A DNA stretch of 64,000 nt from a virus (taxonomy: Duplodnaviria; Caudoviricetes). Positions 27,380 through 37,242 of this stretch are shown piece by piece. Position 1 is the first letter of the stretch, and each line of letters starts with the position of its first letter. Made by a program: the position numbers and the translations under genes. The notes below the pieces were generated by a model. The model saw only the letters and a program-made list of their open reading frames with translations, searched no databases and was not told the DNA's origin. The stretch covers positions 64,001 to 128,000 of IMG/VR virus record IMGVR_UViG_3300020576_006967. The stretch is one strand, 5' to 3'.

Positions 27380-28487
27380 AAATAACGCTGGGGAGTTTTA
27401 TTCAGGATTACAAACTCATGGATATTTTCCAATAAAAAATTGGTATTTAACTGTTTATGGCGAAATTCCAAATGCTTTTAACACAAATCACTATGTTAAG
27501 ACTGATAGTTTTATTGAGCAGTTTAAAAGCCTTGTAATTGTCAAATCTACAACGTTTAGTACAAATAGCATGTCTGAAATTATTGCAGAAGCAGCTTTTG
27601 ATATTGGTGGAGGAGTAGTTGTAAACTTGAAAGATAATTTCTTTTCAAAAAAAGATCAAATACAAAAAGGTCAGTTATTTTTGTATTATACAAAAGAAAC
27701 AGAAGAAGTAAAAAAAATAAAAAAATATTTAATAGACAACAAAGTTGAAGACGAGAAGAAGGGTATTATAAACCTTGTGTGTCAATCTCAAAACGGGTTT
27801 TATTTAAAAGAATATACTATTAAAAATTCTCCAATTGATTTTGATGCAAACTACAACGAAGACTTTAAACAAGTTGACAAAATTATAATGAGTAGATTGA
27901 GCAAAGAGAACGATAAGGGGCTTGTCCTTCTTTATGGTGATCCAGGCACTGGTAAATCTTCCTACATTAGGAGAATCATCAACGAAGTGGACGATAAGAG
28001 AATTTTATATATGCCACCAGACATGACGGCGCAATTATCAAGCCCATCTTTGGTTCCATTCCTTTCAGATTATTCAAATTCCATTTTAATCATAGAGGAT
28101 GCGGAAAACGTTTTAATTAAAAGACAGGGTCAGCACAATCAAGCAATTTCAAACATATTAAATATGTCAGATGGTTTATTGGGAGATTGTTTAAACATTC
28201 AAATTGTTGCTACATTTAACACTGATTTAAAAAACATAGACGAAGCTCTTCTTAGAAAGGGAAGATTAATTGCTAAATACGAATTTGGTCATCTTACAAT
28301 TGATAGAATTAAAAAGCTATCTTCGACCCTTGGTATTAAATATAAAAAAGAGTTTAAAACAGTGGCAGACGTTTATAATAGTGATGAAATGAGTTTCGTA
28401 GAAGAAAAACAAACGGTTGGTTTTAAAATAAAAGAACTTAGGGTAGATACAACAATAGACGGAAAAAGCATATTTGATCAAAAATAG
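27366..28487 (+). CDS. AAA+ ATPase
   Basis: GDPGTGKS, IIEDAE, LLRKGRL. Confidence 0.85.
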   Translation: MIKFKNNAGEFYSGLQTHGYFPIKNWYLTVYGEIPNAFNTNHYVKTDSFIEQFKSLVIVKSTTFSTNSMSEIIAEAAFDIGGGVVVNLKDNFFSKKDQIQKGQLFLYYTKETEEVKKIKKYLIDNKVEDEKKGIINLVCQSQNGFYLKEYTIKNSPIDFDANYNEDFKQVDKIIMSRLSKENDKGLVLLYGDPGTGKSSYIRRIINEVDDKRILYMPPDMTAQLSSPSLVPFLSDYSNSILIIEDAENVLIKRQGQHNQAISNILNMSDGLLGDCLNIQIVATFNTDLKNIDEALLRKGRLIAKYEFGHLTIDRIKKLSSTLGIKYKKEFKTVADVYNSDEMSFVEEKQTVGFKIKELRVDTTIDGKSIFDQK

Positions 28488-28525
28488 TGAAACTTTTTTA
28501 TTTAAATAACGTATAAGTAGTAAAG

Positions 28526-28990
28526 GTGGGAAAAATTAAAAAGATAAAAGAACCTTTTAGAATTGAAAATAGGAAGGCAAAATACGAATATAAACTTTTA
28601 GAAAGTTTTGATTGCGGTATTGTGTTGAAGGGCACCGAGATAAAGTCTATACGAGAGAATTCGGCTAATATAGGCGCTGCTTATTGTTATTTGTCAAACG
28701 GACAAGTTATAATAAAAAACATGCATATTTCTGAGTGGAAACATGCTACTACCACACACGATCCAACAAGGGACAGGGTTCTGTTGTTGAAAAAGAAAGA
28801 AATAGAAAAAATTACCAGAGAAGTTAAGACTGCTGGTATAACTCTTGTGCCGACGGTTCTTTACGAAAAAAAGAACATAGCAAAAGTTATCATCAGTTTA
28901 GCCAAAGGTAAAAAAACTAGAGATAAAAGAGATAAAATTCGTGAAGACAATATTAAGCGTGACACAGACAGAGAAATGAATTCTTTTTAG
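28526..28990 (+). CDS. smpB: SsrA-binding protein SmpB
   Basis: ENRKAKYEY..GIVLKGTEIKSIR..HDPTRDRVLLL..GKK..DKR tail. Confidence 0.92.
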   Translation: MGKIKKIKEPFRIENRKAKYEYKLLESFDCGIVLKGTEIKSIRENSANIGAAYCYLSNGQVIIKNMHISEWKHATTTHDPTRDRVLLLKKKEIEKITREVKTAGITLVPTVLYEKKNIAKVIISLAKGKKTRDKRDKIREDNIKRDTDREMNSF

Positions 28991-29030
28991 GAATTATTTT
29001 TTTTATTCTATTTATTATAAATAATAGAAT

Positions 29031-30092
29031 ATGAAAAGAGAATGGTCTGAAAAACAAGTTGATACATTAAAGCAAAATTATGCTAATGGTAAAAAAGAAG
29101 ATCTTATTAAGCTTATAGGAAAAAGTTGGTGTGCTATTTTATGCAAGGCCAACAAGTTGAAATTGCAAAGAGAACTACTTCAGTTAAAAAATGTAGACAC
29201 CTCTAATTGGTCTCTAAAAGAGTTAGAAATATTAAAGAAAAATTATTTTGAATTAAGTAAAGAAGAATTAATAAAACTTATCCCAAACAGAAAATGGTCT
29301 TCAATACAACAAAAAGCATTTTGTTTTAATTTAAAACGAAAAACAGAAAGAGACTCAGAATTAAGTGTCTTATTGAAAGAAAACAATGAGGTGTATTATT
29401 GGCTTGGTTTTTTAATGGCAGATGGGCACTTTTCAGAAAGTTCAATTCAAGTTAATTTAGCTAAAAAAGACATTGAACATTTGAAAAAATTTTCAAAATT
29501 TGTAAAATGTAAAAAGGATCTTGTAAAACCTAATTTCAAAGCTGGTGATAAAAAAGTTTTAAATTTATTGCGACAGAAATTTAAAATTAAAAACAATAAA
29601 ACATATCATCCATGTGATATTGAAAACATAAAAAATGACGATTTTTTATTCTCTTTAATAATAGGGTTTATAGATGGCGATGGATCTATTTGCGCTTCTT
29701 ATGGGAGAACATCGTTATCTGTAAAGTGTCACTCTTCTTGGTTTAATAATTTAGAGATTATGTTAAATGTTTTATGCGGAGAAAATAAAAAAACATATAA
29801 AACAAGAATAAATAGTTACAATTTAGCTTATTTTTTTATTACTGATTTAAGTATTTTGAAAAAAATTAAACTAAAATTGCTAGGACTTAAATTACCAGTT
29901 TTAAAAAGAAAATGGGATAAAATTGATTTAAAAAAAGAGTCTGCAATTGAAGAACATGAAAGATTAAAAAAAATGTGTTATGATAATTTTAAACTTGGAA
30001 AGAAACCTAGTGAAATAACCGACAAAAATAGAGTTAGTGTTAGTTTTTGTTATAAAATGCTTGCAGAATATAGGAAAATTGAAACCTTTTAA
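29031..30092 (+). CDS. LAGLIDADG homing endonuclease with N-terminal Myb-like repeats
   Basis: WLGFLMADG and IIGFIDGDG; WS..E..LK..Y repeats. Confidence 0.8.
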   Translation: MKREWSEKQVDTLKQNYANGKKEDLIKLIGKSWCAILCKANKLKLQRELLQLKNVDTSNWSLKELEILKKNYFELSKEELIKLIPNRKWSSIQQKAFCFNLKRKTERDSELSVLLKENNEVYYWLGFLMADGHFSESSIQVNLAKKDIEHLKKFSKFVKCKKDLVKPNFKAGDKKVLNLLRQKFKIKNNKTYHPCDIENIKNDDFLFSLIIGFIDGDGSICASYGRTSLSVKCHSSWFNNLEIMLNVLCGENKKTYKTRINSYNLAYFFITDLSILKKIKLKLLGLKLPVLKRKWDKIDLKKESAIEEHERLKKMCYDNFKLGKKPSEITDKNRVSVSFCYKMLAEYRKIETF

Positions 30093-30117
30093 TTAAATTT
30101 ACGTATAAAAAACAAGG

Positions 30118-30690
30118 ATGAAAAAAATTATAATTTTAATATTTTTAACTACAATCTTTCACACGTCTTCAAGTCAGAATTCGTCAAAATTAGATGAAAA
30201 ATATGGTTTTAGAAATTTAAAGTTTGAAACTCTGATTGATTCAATAAAAAACTTGAAATTATCAGATTCGATTGATGAAAATTTAAAAGTTTATAATTTA
30301 ATTAATGAGGATCTTAATGTGTTTGATTTAAAAGTGCAAGAAATTTTGTATACATTTTATAAAAACAAACTATATCGAGTAACTATTATTTCAAAAGATG
30401 TGAATAATAACTGGGGTTTTTTAAACTTATTGCAAAAAAAATATGGTTTAGGCAAGTGTATTATATGTCCTGAAAAGTTCGTAAGTTTGGGAATAGAAAC
30501 AGATTATGGTATATATCAATGGAATGGTATAAACACTAAATTAGATTATGTTTATAAAGACACACAAATTTTAAACGAAGATGGTTCCACATTAGAACCA
30601 GGAGCAATGATAGAAATAATTTCTAAAAAAATAATGAAGCAACAAGAAAAAGATGTTGAAAACAAATTAAAAAAATCTAAAGAATTTTAA
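30118..30690 (+). CDS. Secreted hypothetical protein
   Basis: Signal peptide MKKIIILIFL; LDEKYGFRNLKF. Confidence 0.6.
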   Translation: MKKIIILIFLTTIFHTSSSQNSSKLDEKYGFRNLKFETLIDSIKNLKLSDSIDENLKVYNLINEDLNVFDLKVQEILYTFYKNKLYRVTIISKDVNNNWGFLNLLQKKYGLGKCIICPEKFVSLGIETDYGIYQWNGINTKLDYVYKDTQILNEDGSTLEPGAMIEIISKKIMKQQEKDVENKLKKSKEF

Positions 30691-30714
30691 TATTTTTTTA
30701 AACAGTTAAGATTA

Positions 30715-31086
30715 ATGGAAGATCAAGACAACACACAGAGTGGTACAAAGTTAATTTTTGGCCTTAGCCCATTCGCAACATTAATTAATTCCATATTGGT
30801 TATATTTTTTTCGGCACTGCTAAATGCTGCTTATTTTTGCGTAAACTATGCAGAAAGTGAACTTGCTAAAGATGCAACATTAGAAACGCCTTGGTATATT
30901 GCTTTCCCTCTATTCTTTTTGTCTTGGATCATGCTTTCAAGGTATGTCACATGGAGATACGGACTTGTTGTCGGTAAAGTTACTTTTAAAGATTTTTTAA
31001 TAAAAACAATTTATATAATTTTTTTAGTACTTTTGGAAAATATCTTAAAAGCAATTTTTGTATATAAACTAATAACTGTATTATGA
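30715..31086 (+). CDS. Membrane protein
   Basis: 3 TM segments. Confidence 0.6.
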   Translation: MEDQDNTQSGTKLIFGLSPFATLINSILVIFFSALLNAAYFCVNYAESELAKDATLETPWYIAFPLFFLSWIMLSRYVTWRYGLVVGKVTFKDFLIKTIYIIFLVLLENILKAIFVYKLITVL

Positions 31087-31373
31087 CGTTAATTTTAATT
31101 TTTTTATTGTTATGTATAATAGAAATCTCTATTATATGGTTTAAGTGGAAAGAAATATCTGACTTTGTTTCTGTCGGAAAGTTCGCTTCCAAAATGGTTG
31201 GAGTGGAAGAACAATATACGGGTTTTATAAATAAAATAGCTATCTTCTTTATAAAAAGAAAAGGCTATGCCTGGGTCCCTACACTTGTTTTATTATTTGC
31301 TAATTTAATAGCTGCCACATTTATAATTTTTATTATCTGGTTGTTGCAATTAATTTTAATACTTGTTCAATAA
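31083..31373 (+). CDS. Membrane protein
   Basis: 2 TM segments. Confidence 0.55.
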   Translation: MTLILIFLLLCIIEISIIWFKWKEISDFVSVGKFASKMVGVEEQYTGFINKIAIFFIKRKGYAWVPTLVLLFANLIAATFIIFIIWLLQLILILVQ

Positions 31374-31383
31374 ATTTTTAATC

Positions 31384-31569
31384 ATGGCAAAAGTTGTAAG
31401 AATAGATAAAACAAAAATGAAAAGAGTCACACATTCTTCTTGTGGAGCTGTTGTTGAATATTTTGAAAATGAAGTACAATCATTTATTCGCACTGATTAT
31501 GGCGGTGGCAGTGATATGGTTTATTATATTGTATGCCCTAATTGCGGAAAACAAATACAGTGGAGTTAA
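31384..31569 (+). CDS. Small zinc-ribbon protein
   Basis: HSSCG..CPNCG. Confidence 0.55.
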   Translation: MAKVVRIDKTKMKRVTHSSCGAVVEYFENEVQSFIRTDYGGGSDMVYYIVCPNCGKQIQWS

Positions 31570-31982
31570 TGAAAAACTTTAATGATTTACCAAGTGATTT
31601 AGAAACTAATAGGAAGATCCTAAAATTGTTTCATCCTTGTTTGATAGTATCAGATGAACAACTTGCAAAGATGTGCAAGAGGGGTAATTATGATTGGATG
31701 TGCATTGAGGGGTATGTGAAATATTATGGGCACGTTTTTGTTTGTATTGATAACGCCTATGATACCAATATGCTAATTGGAAACAAACACACAATTAAAA
31801 CTTTTGAAAAATATCAAAGCGGCTTAATTTTTAAAGCTTGGAGAATAGAAATAGATGCCATGTTTTTCAAATTTTTTTCAGACACAGAACAGCTTTCAAA
31901 AAAAGTACAAAATTTAATGATTGACGCTGGTTATAGAACAAAAACAGCAGAAGAGTGGTACAAAGAATATTATAAAGATTAA
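31569..31982 (+). CDS. Hypothetical protein
   Basis: ORF track, coupled start. Confidence 0.5.
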   Translation: MKNFNDLPSDLETNRKILKLFHPCLIVSDEQLAKMCKRGNYDWMCIEGYVKYYGHVFVCIDNAYDTNMLIGNKHTIKTFEKYQSGLIFKAWRIEIDAMFFKFFSDTEQLSKKVQNLMIDAGYRTKTAEEWYKEYYKD

Positions 31983-31992
31983 AATTATAAAA

Positions 31993-32619
31993 ATGGAGCA
32001 CGATAAAATTGTTGCAAAGATTGAAGAAATCTACACAAGAAAAAACAAAGAAGGTAAAGAAACTGGGAGGTCATTTATCAACCACCTTTTAAAAGCTTAT
32101 CTACCGATAAGCAAGGTTCAAAAAGTCTGGGATTCAAAAACAAAAATGAGATGTTGTTTTACCAACATGCCACTGTGTTCTATTGAAGATGTTTGGCAAA
32201 TAACAAACAAAGAAGATATGGGCAAAAAGTTGGTTGAACATATGGCCTCTGCTTTTAAAGGAGAAAATAAACCACACCCACTAAAAGCAGAACTTAAAGG
32301 AAGGGTTTTAGCTTATACTGGAGAAAAAACTGAAACATTTATGTGCTTAGAAGCCGTTCAGGCGTTCATAGACTGGTTTCAACACAAAGTGCTCACTGGC
32401 GATAAAAATGTGGCCTTTATAGTTAGAGGCATTAGAACTAAAGAAACAATAAGTACAATAAGAAAAAAACTCCCAGAAGAATCAGATCAAAAAACCATTG
32501 ATATGTTGGAGAAAAAAACAAAGCACCCAGAGAGAGCAACATATTCTCTCGGAGAAATGTCGGCGCTACAAGCACTACAAGCAAAACTTAAAGCAAGTGA
32601 GGAGTCAAATGGTATATAA
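31993..32619 (+). CDS. Hypothetical protein
   Basis: ORF track. Confidence 0.6.
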   Translation: MEHDKIVAKIEEIYTRKNKEGKETGRSFINHLLKAYLPISKVQKVWDSKTKMRCCFTNMPLCSIEDVWQITNKEDMGKKLVEHMASAFKGENKPHPLKAELKGRVLAYTGEKTETFMCLEAVQAFIDWFQHKVLTGDKNVAFIVRGIRTKETISTIRKKLPEESDQKTIDMLEKKTKHPERATYSLGEMSALQALQAKLKASEESNGI

Positions 32620-32962
32620 AGGTGTTGATATTTTTATGTGTAAATTTTTTGCCTTACGCAAACCTGGAACTGGTAAGGGATTAAGATTTATAGTGAAAAA
32701 ATACAGAGATCTAACCTCAGATGATTTTAATACTATAGAGGATATTTGTAAAATTATTGCTTACTGTTTTTGGATTATGAAAAAAGCAGACATACCAATA
32801 TACAGTAAGTTTGCCGCAATTAGTTTTATAAACGAGCTTAAACCTAAACTTTCAGATTTAGAGAAAAAAATAAACGAAAGAGCAATCGAAGAACAAGAAA
32901 GGCTTAAAAAAGAAACGAAAGAATCAATGAAGCAACTTGGAACAGTATATTCAAAAAGATAG
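32609..32962 (+). CDS. Hypothetical protein
   Basis: ORF track. Confidence 0.5.
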   Translation: MVYKGVDIFMCKFFALRKPGTGKGLRFIVKKYRDLTSDDFNTIEDICKIIAYCFWIMKKADIPIYSKFAAISFINELKPKLSDLEKKINERAIEEQERLKKETKESMKQLGTVYSKR

Positions 32963-32969
32963 TTTAAAA

Positions 32970-33329
32970 TTAGCTAAGAGTAAACAAGTACAAAGTCTTG
33001 TTTGTAAGAGCTAAAGCTTCTTCTAGGATATTATTTAAATCTCCTTCGCTTGGGCTAAGGCTTTTTTTTCTTTTATTGATGTATCTGGCAAGTTTTTTGA
33101 AATATTCTACCATTTTTTCCTTATTATAAGCGTGGAAAGTCATTCTAACGCCACCAAAGTCAATTCTCTTGCCTCTGCCCATGTAGGCTTCTAAAAGTTG
33201 ATCTGTGAGTTCTAAAATACCTTCATAAAAATCTTGTAGAGCTTTGTGCTCAGCAAACGATTTTGTGTCCAAGTGCCAAAAGTGTGCTTGTTGTCTGGAA
33301 TGAAATAATATTGTAGCTGTTTTTCTCAT
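32970..33329 (-). CDS. Dps/ferritin-like four-helix protein
   Basis: HFWHLDT.SFAEHKAL..FYE..D.L.EAYMG..LNNILEE. Confidence 0.75.
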   Translation of the reverse strand: MRKTATILFHSRQQAHFWHLDTKSFAEHKALQDFYEGILELTDQLLEAYMGRGKRIDFGGVRMTFHAYNKEKMVEYFKKLARYINKRKKSLSPSEGDLNNILEEALALTNKTLYLFTLS

Positions 33330-33390
33330 GGTTTGATAATAAATATCTCAAAAAAAAGAAACTTTTTGTATCTTTGAACGTATAAAACAC

Positions 33391-33600
33391 ATGACAACGC
33401 AAAAAACAACTATTTTTAAGACCAAAAGAGAGCGCATTAGAGCTTTTTTACAAAAGGCAAAGTTTTCAAAATTTGAAAAGACTTCTGAGCCAGAAGCTAT
33501 TGCTTACGAACAATTTTGCGAATCACCTTTTTATGAAAAGACGGATTATAGTTATTTTACACGAGTGTACAATTTAGAAAAAATTCAGTCGAAAAAATGA
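33391..33600 (+). CDS. Hypothetical protein
   Basis: ORF after overlapping host-type and ECF-type promoters. Confidence 0.5.
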   Translation: MTTQKTTIFKTKRERIRAFLQKAKFSKFEKTSEPEAIAYEQFCESPFYEKTDYSYFTRVYNLEKIQSKK

Positions 33601-34331
33601 GAAACGTATTTAGGACCATTTCCACATTTCCGCCAAAATCCTTGAATAAAAACAAGGTTAAACTAAAAACAGAGGAATATAAGCTAAAAATTAGAGAGCG
33701 CCAGCATATTTTATATGCTCAGTCTAAGTATAGTTTACTTTTAATTTTCCAGGGCCTAGATGCTTCTGGAAAAGATGGTGCCACAAATGCCGTTTTTAGT
33801 TCAGTGAATTCTCAAGGTGTATCAGTTACAAGTTTTAAAAAGCCAAACGATATTGAATTATCCCATGATTTTATGTGGCGCATACATCAAGAGGTTCCAC
33901 AAAAAGGTTTAATAAAAGTTTTCAACAGATCTCACTATGAAGATATATTAATTCCTTCAGTGTATGGAACGCTTGACACAAAAACAATTAAAAAGCGCTA
34001 CGATTACATAAACAGTTTCGAAAACATGCTGATTGACAGTGGTACGATTGTGCTTAAATTTTATCTTCACATTTCGCAAGAACAACAAGCAATAAGGTTT
34101 AAAGAAAGATTGAGCAATCCAATGAAAAATTGGAAGTATAATCCAAGTGATACCGAAACCGCAAAACATTGGCCAGAATTTAAAAAGGTGTATCAAAACA
34201 TTTTTGATAAATGCAACGATGTGCCATGGATTATTGTGCCATCTGATAAAAACTGGTATAAAGAACATTTGATTGTTAAAACAATTGCTAAAGAATTACA
34301 AAAATTAAATTTAGAATATCCAAAATTATGA
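33597..34331 (+). CDS. ppk2: Polyphosphate kinase 2 family
   Basis: QGLDASGKDG, FNRSHYEDIL, KFYLHIS. Confidence 0.88.
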   Translation: MRNVFRTISTFPPKSLNKNKVKLKTEEYKLKIRERQHILYAQSKYSLLLIFQGLDASGKDGATNAVFSSVNSQGVSVTSFKKPNDIELSHDFMWRIHQEVPQKGLIKVFNRSHYEDILIPSVYGTLDTKTIKKRYDYINSFENMLIDSGTIVLKFYLHISQEQQAIRFKERLSNPMKNWKYNPSDTETAKHWPEFKKVYQNIFDKCNDVPWIIVPSDKNWYKEHLIVKTIAKELQKLNLEYPKL

Positions 34332-35320
34332 AAAGATTTTTTACTTCCGATTTACATTTCAGCGATGAAAGATATGATATTTTAGTAAGACCATTCAAGT
34401 CTTTAGAAGAACAACACAATACAATTATAAACAATTGGAATAGCGTTGTTGGCGAAGAAGATGAGGTGTACGTTGTTGGCGATATTTCTATTGACGATAT
34501 TGGTTTAAATGAGTTGCGTCATCTTAATGGTAGAAAAATACTTATTAAGGGAAACTATGATGTTCCACGCAATGAAGAAATTTTAAAATTTTATTTTGAT
34601 GAAATTCACGACTCAGGAATTGATTTAGAAATTCAAGGTAAAGTTTTTCACCTAAATCACTATCCAGAAAAAGCAAAGGGCGACAAGTTTAATCTTGTTG
34701 GCCATGTACATGGCGCATGGAGAATTCAAAAAAACATGATAAATGTGAGCGTTGAATCTTGGAATTATACTCCAGTATCAGAAGAACAAATTATAAATTG
34801 TCTGAATGCAATAGAAATACATTATGATGCTAACGTGTTTGCTGGAACACTATCTTCAAATATACCGTTTAACGTTATTTACACTGGCGAGCCGATCAAT
34901 ATTGTTGGGCCGTCTATTTTTCTTGCTGGGCCAACACCTAGAGATGCAAATACAAAATCGTGGAGGCCAGAATTTATACAAAAATTAAAGGATGCTGGTT
35001 TTAAAGGTACTGTGCTTACTCCAGAAACAAAAGTGTTTCAAGACTATTACGATTATGATAAGCAGGTAGAATGGGAAGATGAAGGTTTAACAAAAGCTGA
35101 CAAGATTGTATTCTGGGTTCCAAGAGATCTTGAAAATATGCCAGGATTTACCACAAACATAGAATTTGGTGATTGGATGAAGAGTGGAAAATGCATTCTT
35201 GGCTATCCTTTACCAGGAGTGAAGATGAATTATCTTCACTACAAGGCTAAGAAATTTAATATGCCAGTGTTTCACACAATAGATCATGTGTGTGCTTACA
35301 TCATCGACACACAAGATTAA
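34328..35320 (+). CDS. Calcineurin-like metallophosphoesterase fused to nucleoside 2-deoxyribosyltransferase-like domain
   Basis: SDLH, VGD, GNYD, GHVH; then IFLAGPTPR..SWR..QVEWE..IVFW..TTNIEFG. Confidence 0.8.
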   Translation: MKRFFTSDLHFSDERYDILVRPFKSLEEQHNTIINNWNSVVGEEDEVYVVGDISIDDIGLNELRHLNGRKILIKGNYDVPRNEEILKFYFDEIHDSGIDLEIQGKVFHLNHYPEKAKGDKFNLVGHVHGAWRIQKNMINVSVESWNYTPVSEEQIINCLNAIEIHYDANVFAGTLSSNIPFNVIYTGEPINIVGPSIFLAGPTPRDANTKSWRPEFIQKLKDAGFKGTVLTPETKVFQDYYDYDKQVEWEDEGLTKADKIVFWVPRDLENMPGFTTNIEFGDWMKSGKCILGYPLPGVKMNYLHYKAKKFNMPVFHTIDHVCAYIIDTQD

Positions 35321-36084
35321 CCTTTTCTTTTAGCAGGTTTTTTTTTAAGGCTTTTTTGAGAATTAGCTCTAATTGGTTTTCTAGGCTTTCTTGGAGTTTT
35401 AGCAATTTCAGTTGTTTTAGGTTTTTCAATAGCATCAAAAATAAATGTTGTTGTATATCCTGAAGAAAAATTAGGCTCTTCTTTTTTATCGACAATTGTA
35501 GATGTAGGATCTTTTGGAATTTCATCACCCATTTTTATAATGGGTTTTTTTTCTGAATCTAAATATGGGTGTTGATTATAAATTTCGTTTTTTAACTTAT
35601 ATAGTTTCTCCAAAACCTTTAACTCACCTTCGGTATTTGATTTTTTTTGTAGTTTTTCTATTTCTAACGAAATCTCATTTAAGCTTTTAGAAATTGGCGA
35701 TTTTTCAGTAATTTGTCCAATAGGTTCTAATAATGAAATTGTACCAAAAGGCCCAGTTCTAGACTGAAGTTTATCAACTCCGCCCTTAAACCTATCCTCA
35801 ATTGGCGTAGGATCAAAATTAAAGCCGTTTAATTCTCTAAACATTTCTTCGCTTAAACTTGAAGGTATGATACCATCATTTGAATCAAATGTTTTTTTAG
35901 GTTTAACAATATCTACAGCGTCTGTTTCTTTCGCCATAGGCGCTTCTTGCTTAATACCTAGAAGTTCTTCAGCAAGCTCTTTTTTAAGGGCCTCAAAGTC
36001 GGTTTCCTGAGACAATTGGTTTGCAAGCATATCAATAACTTTAGCTTTCACTCCATCTTTTATTTCTTTTCTATCTTCGGTCAT
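35317..36084 (-). CDS. Hypothetical protein with basic C-terminal tail
   Basis: ORF track. Confidence 0.55.
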   Translation of the reverse strand: MTEDRKEIKDGVKAKVIDMLANQLSQETDFEALKKELAEELLGIKQEAPMAKETDAVDIVKPKKTFDSNDGIIPSSLSEEMFRELNGFNFDPTPIEDRFKGGVDKLQSRTGPFGTISLLEPIGQITEKSPISKSLNEISLEIEKLQKKSNTEGELKVLEKLYKLKNEIYNQHPYLDSEKKPIIKMGDEIPKDPTSTIVDKKEEPNFSSGYTTTFIFDAIEKPKTTEIAKTPRKPRKPIRANSQKSLKKKPAKRKG

Positions 36085-36149
36085 AATTTAGTTTTTTTTT
36101 GTATATTTGAATTAAATATATGCAAAAAACCTAGAAAACCAAATTGTAA

Positions 36150-36620
36150 ATGAAAGAATTCGAGACTATAGCTTTAATTATAGCAAAAACAACTGGGGTA
36201 ACTAGGGATGAACTTGTTTCTAAAAGTAGAAAAAGACCAATTGCAGAATTAAAAATGATGTGCTCGCAACTTTTAAAAAACTGCTCATATCAAGCTTCTG
36301 AAAAAATTACAGTTATAAAAATAGGAGATATTTTAAACTTGGATCATTCTGCAATAACTTATCATTTAAAAAAGCACGTAGAAATGATGGGCCAAAAAGA
36401 TGGAAAGTATAAAGCCTTATATGAAAAAATACTTAAAAGTTATAAGTCTGACAAATCTTTATCAATTATAAACGACTATGAGAGACAAAGTAAAATTTTA
36501 GCAGATAGAATAAAAGTTGAGCAAAAAAACCTGAATCAACTTATAGCTCAAAAAGAAGAAATAGACAAAAAAATAGATAATCTAAAATTTGTATCTGGTT
36601 ATTTAAAGCAAAGTATTTGA
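36150..36620 (+). CDS. DnaA domain IV-like HTH protein with coiled coil
   Basis: LVSKSRKRPIAE.KMM..IG..LNLDHSAITY resembles DnaA C-terminal S..R....AR..M..IG....DHTTV. Confidence 0.7.
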   Translation: MKEFETIALIIAKTTGVTRDELVSKSRKRPIAELKMMCSQLLKNCSYQASEKITVIKIGDILNLDHSAITYHLKKHVEMMGQKDGKYKALYEKILKSYKSDKSLSIINDYERQSKILADRIKVEQKNLNQLIAQKEEIDKKIDNLKFVSGYLKQSI

Positions 36621-36653
36621 TTTTTATTTGTGCATTGTTTAAATTTATGTATT

Positions 36654-37157
36654 ATGAAAGATAAAATACAATTTAAATATAAAGATGTAAATATTGAGTT
36701 TGATATATATAACGAAGAGTGGGTCGCTAGTTTTGAGGTGGACTTGTCTAACAAACATATTATTTACAAAAGGAACAAGTCTTTAAAAAGTTTAAAAGAA
36801 GCTGTGGATAGATTTGTTACAAATAACTTTACCCCAATTCCAATTTCTTATTTTGATAATAACTTAAATTTTGTGCAGGCTGAAATTACATCATTCACAG
36901 AAAAAGAAGGAGATTGTTGGATAAAATTCAACGATGGAAGAAGAACGCTGCTAACAGTTAATGACAACAGAATGTATTCAAAAAAAATATATGCGGCTGG
37001 TAACATAAATAACGAAGAAAAGTTATTAAAAATATTTGATTTAAGTGATCAAAAAACCAAAATAGAACACCAGTTGGAACAGATAAAAAAGGAAATTATT
37101 TTAACAATTGATAGCCTTGAAAAATACGATATAGCTGGATTACAAGTATTTAAATAA
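36654..37157 (+). CDS. Hypothetical protein
   Basis: ORF track. Confidence 0.55.
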   Translation: MKDKIQFKYKDVNIEFDIYNEEWVASFEVDLSNKHIIYKRNKSLKSLKEAVDRFVTNNFTPIPISYFDNNLNFVQAEITSFTEKEGDCWIKFNDGRRTLLTVNDNRMYSKKIYAAGNINNEEKLLKIFDLSDQKTKIEHQLEQIKKEIILTIDSLEKYDIAGLQVFK

Positions 37158-37242
37158 TTAAATAACTTTTAGTTTGTATTTGCTTTGATTCTTGATTTTT
37201 TTTATTTAAATTCGCATTGCTAAACCTACACTAAACACACAT

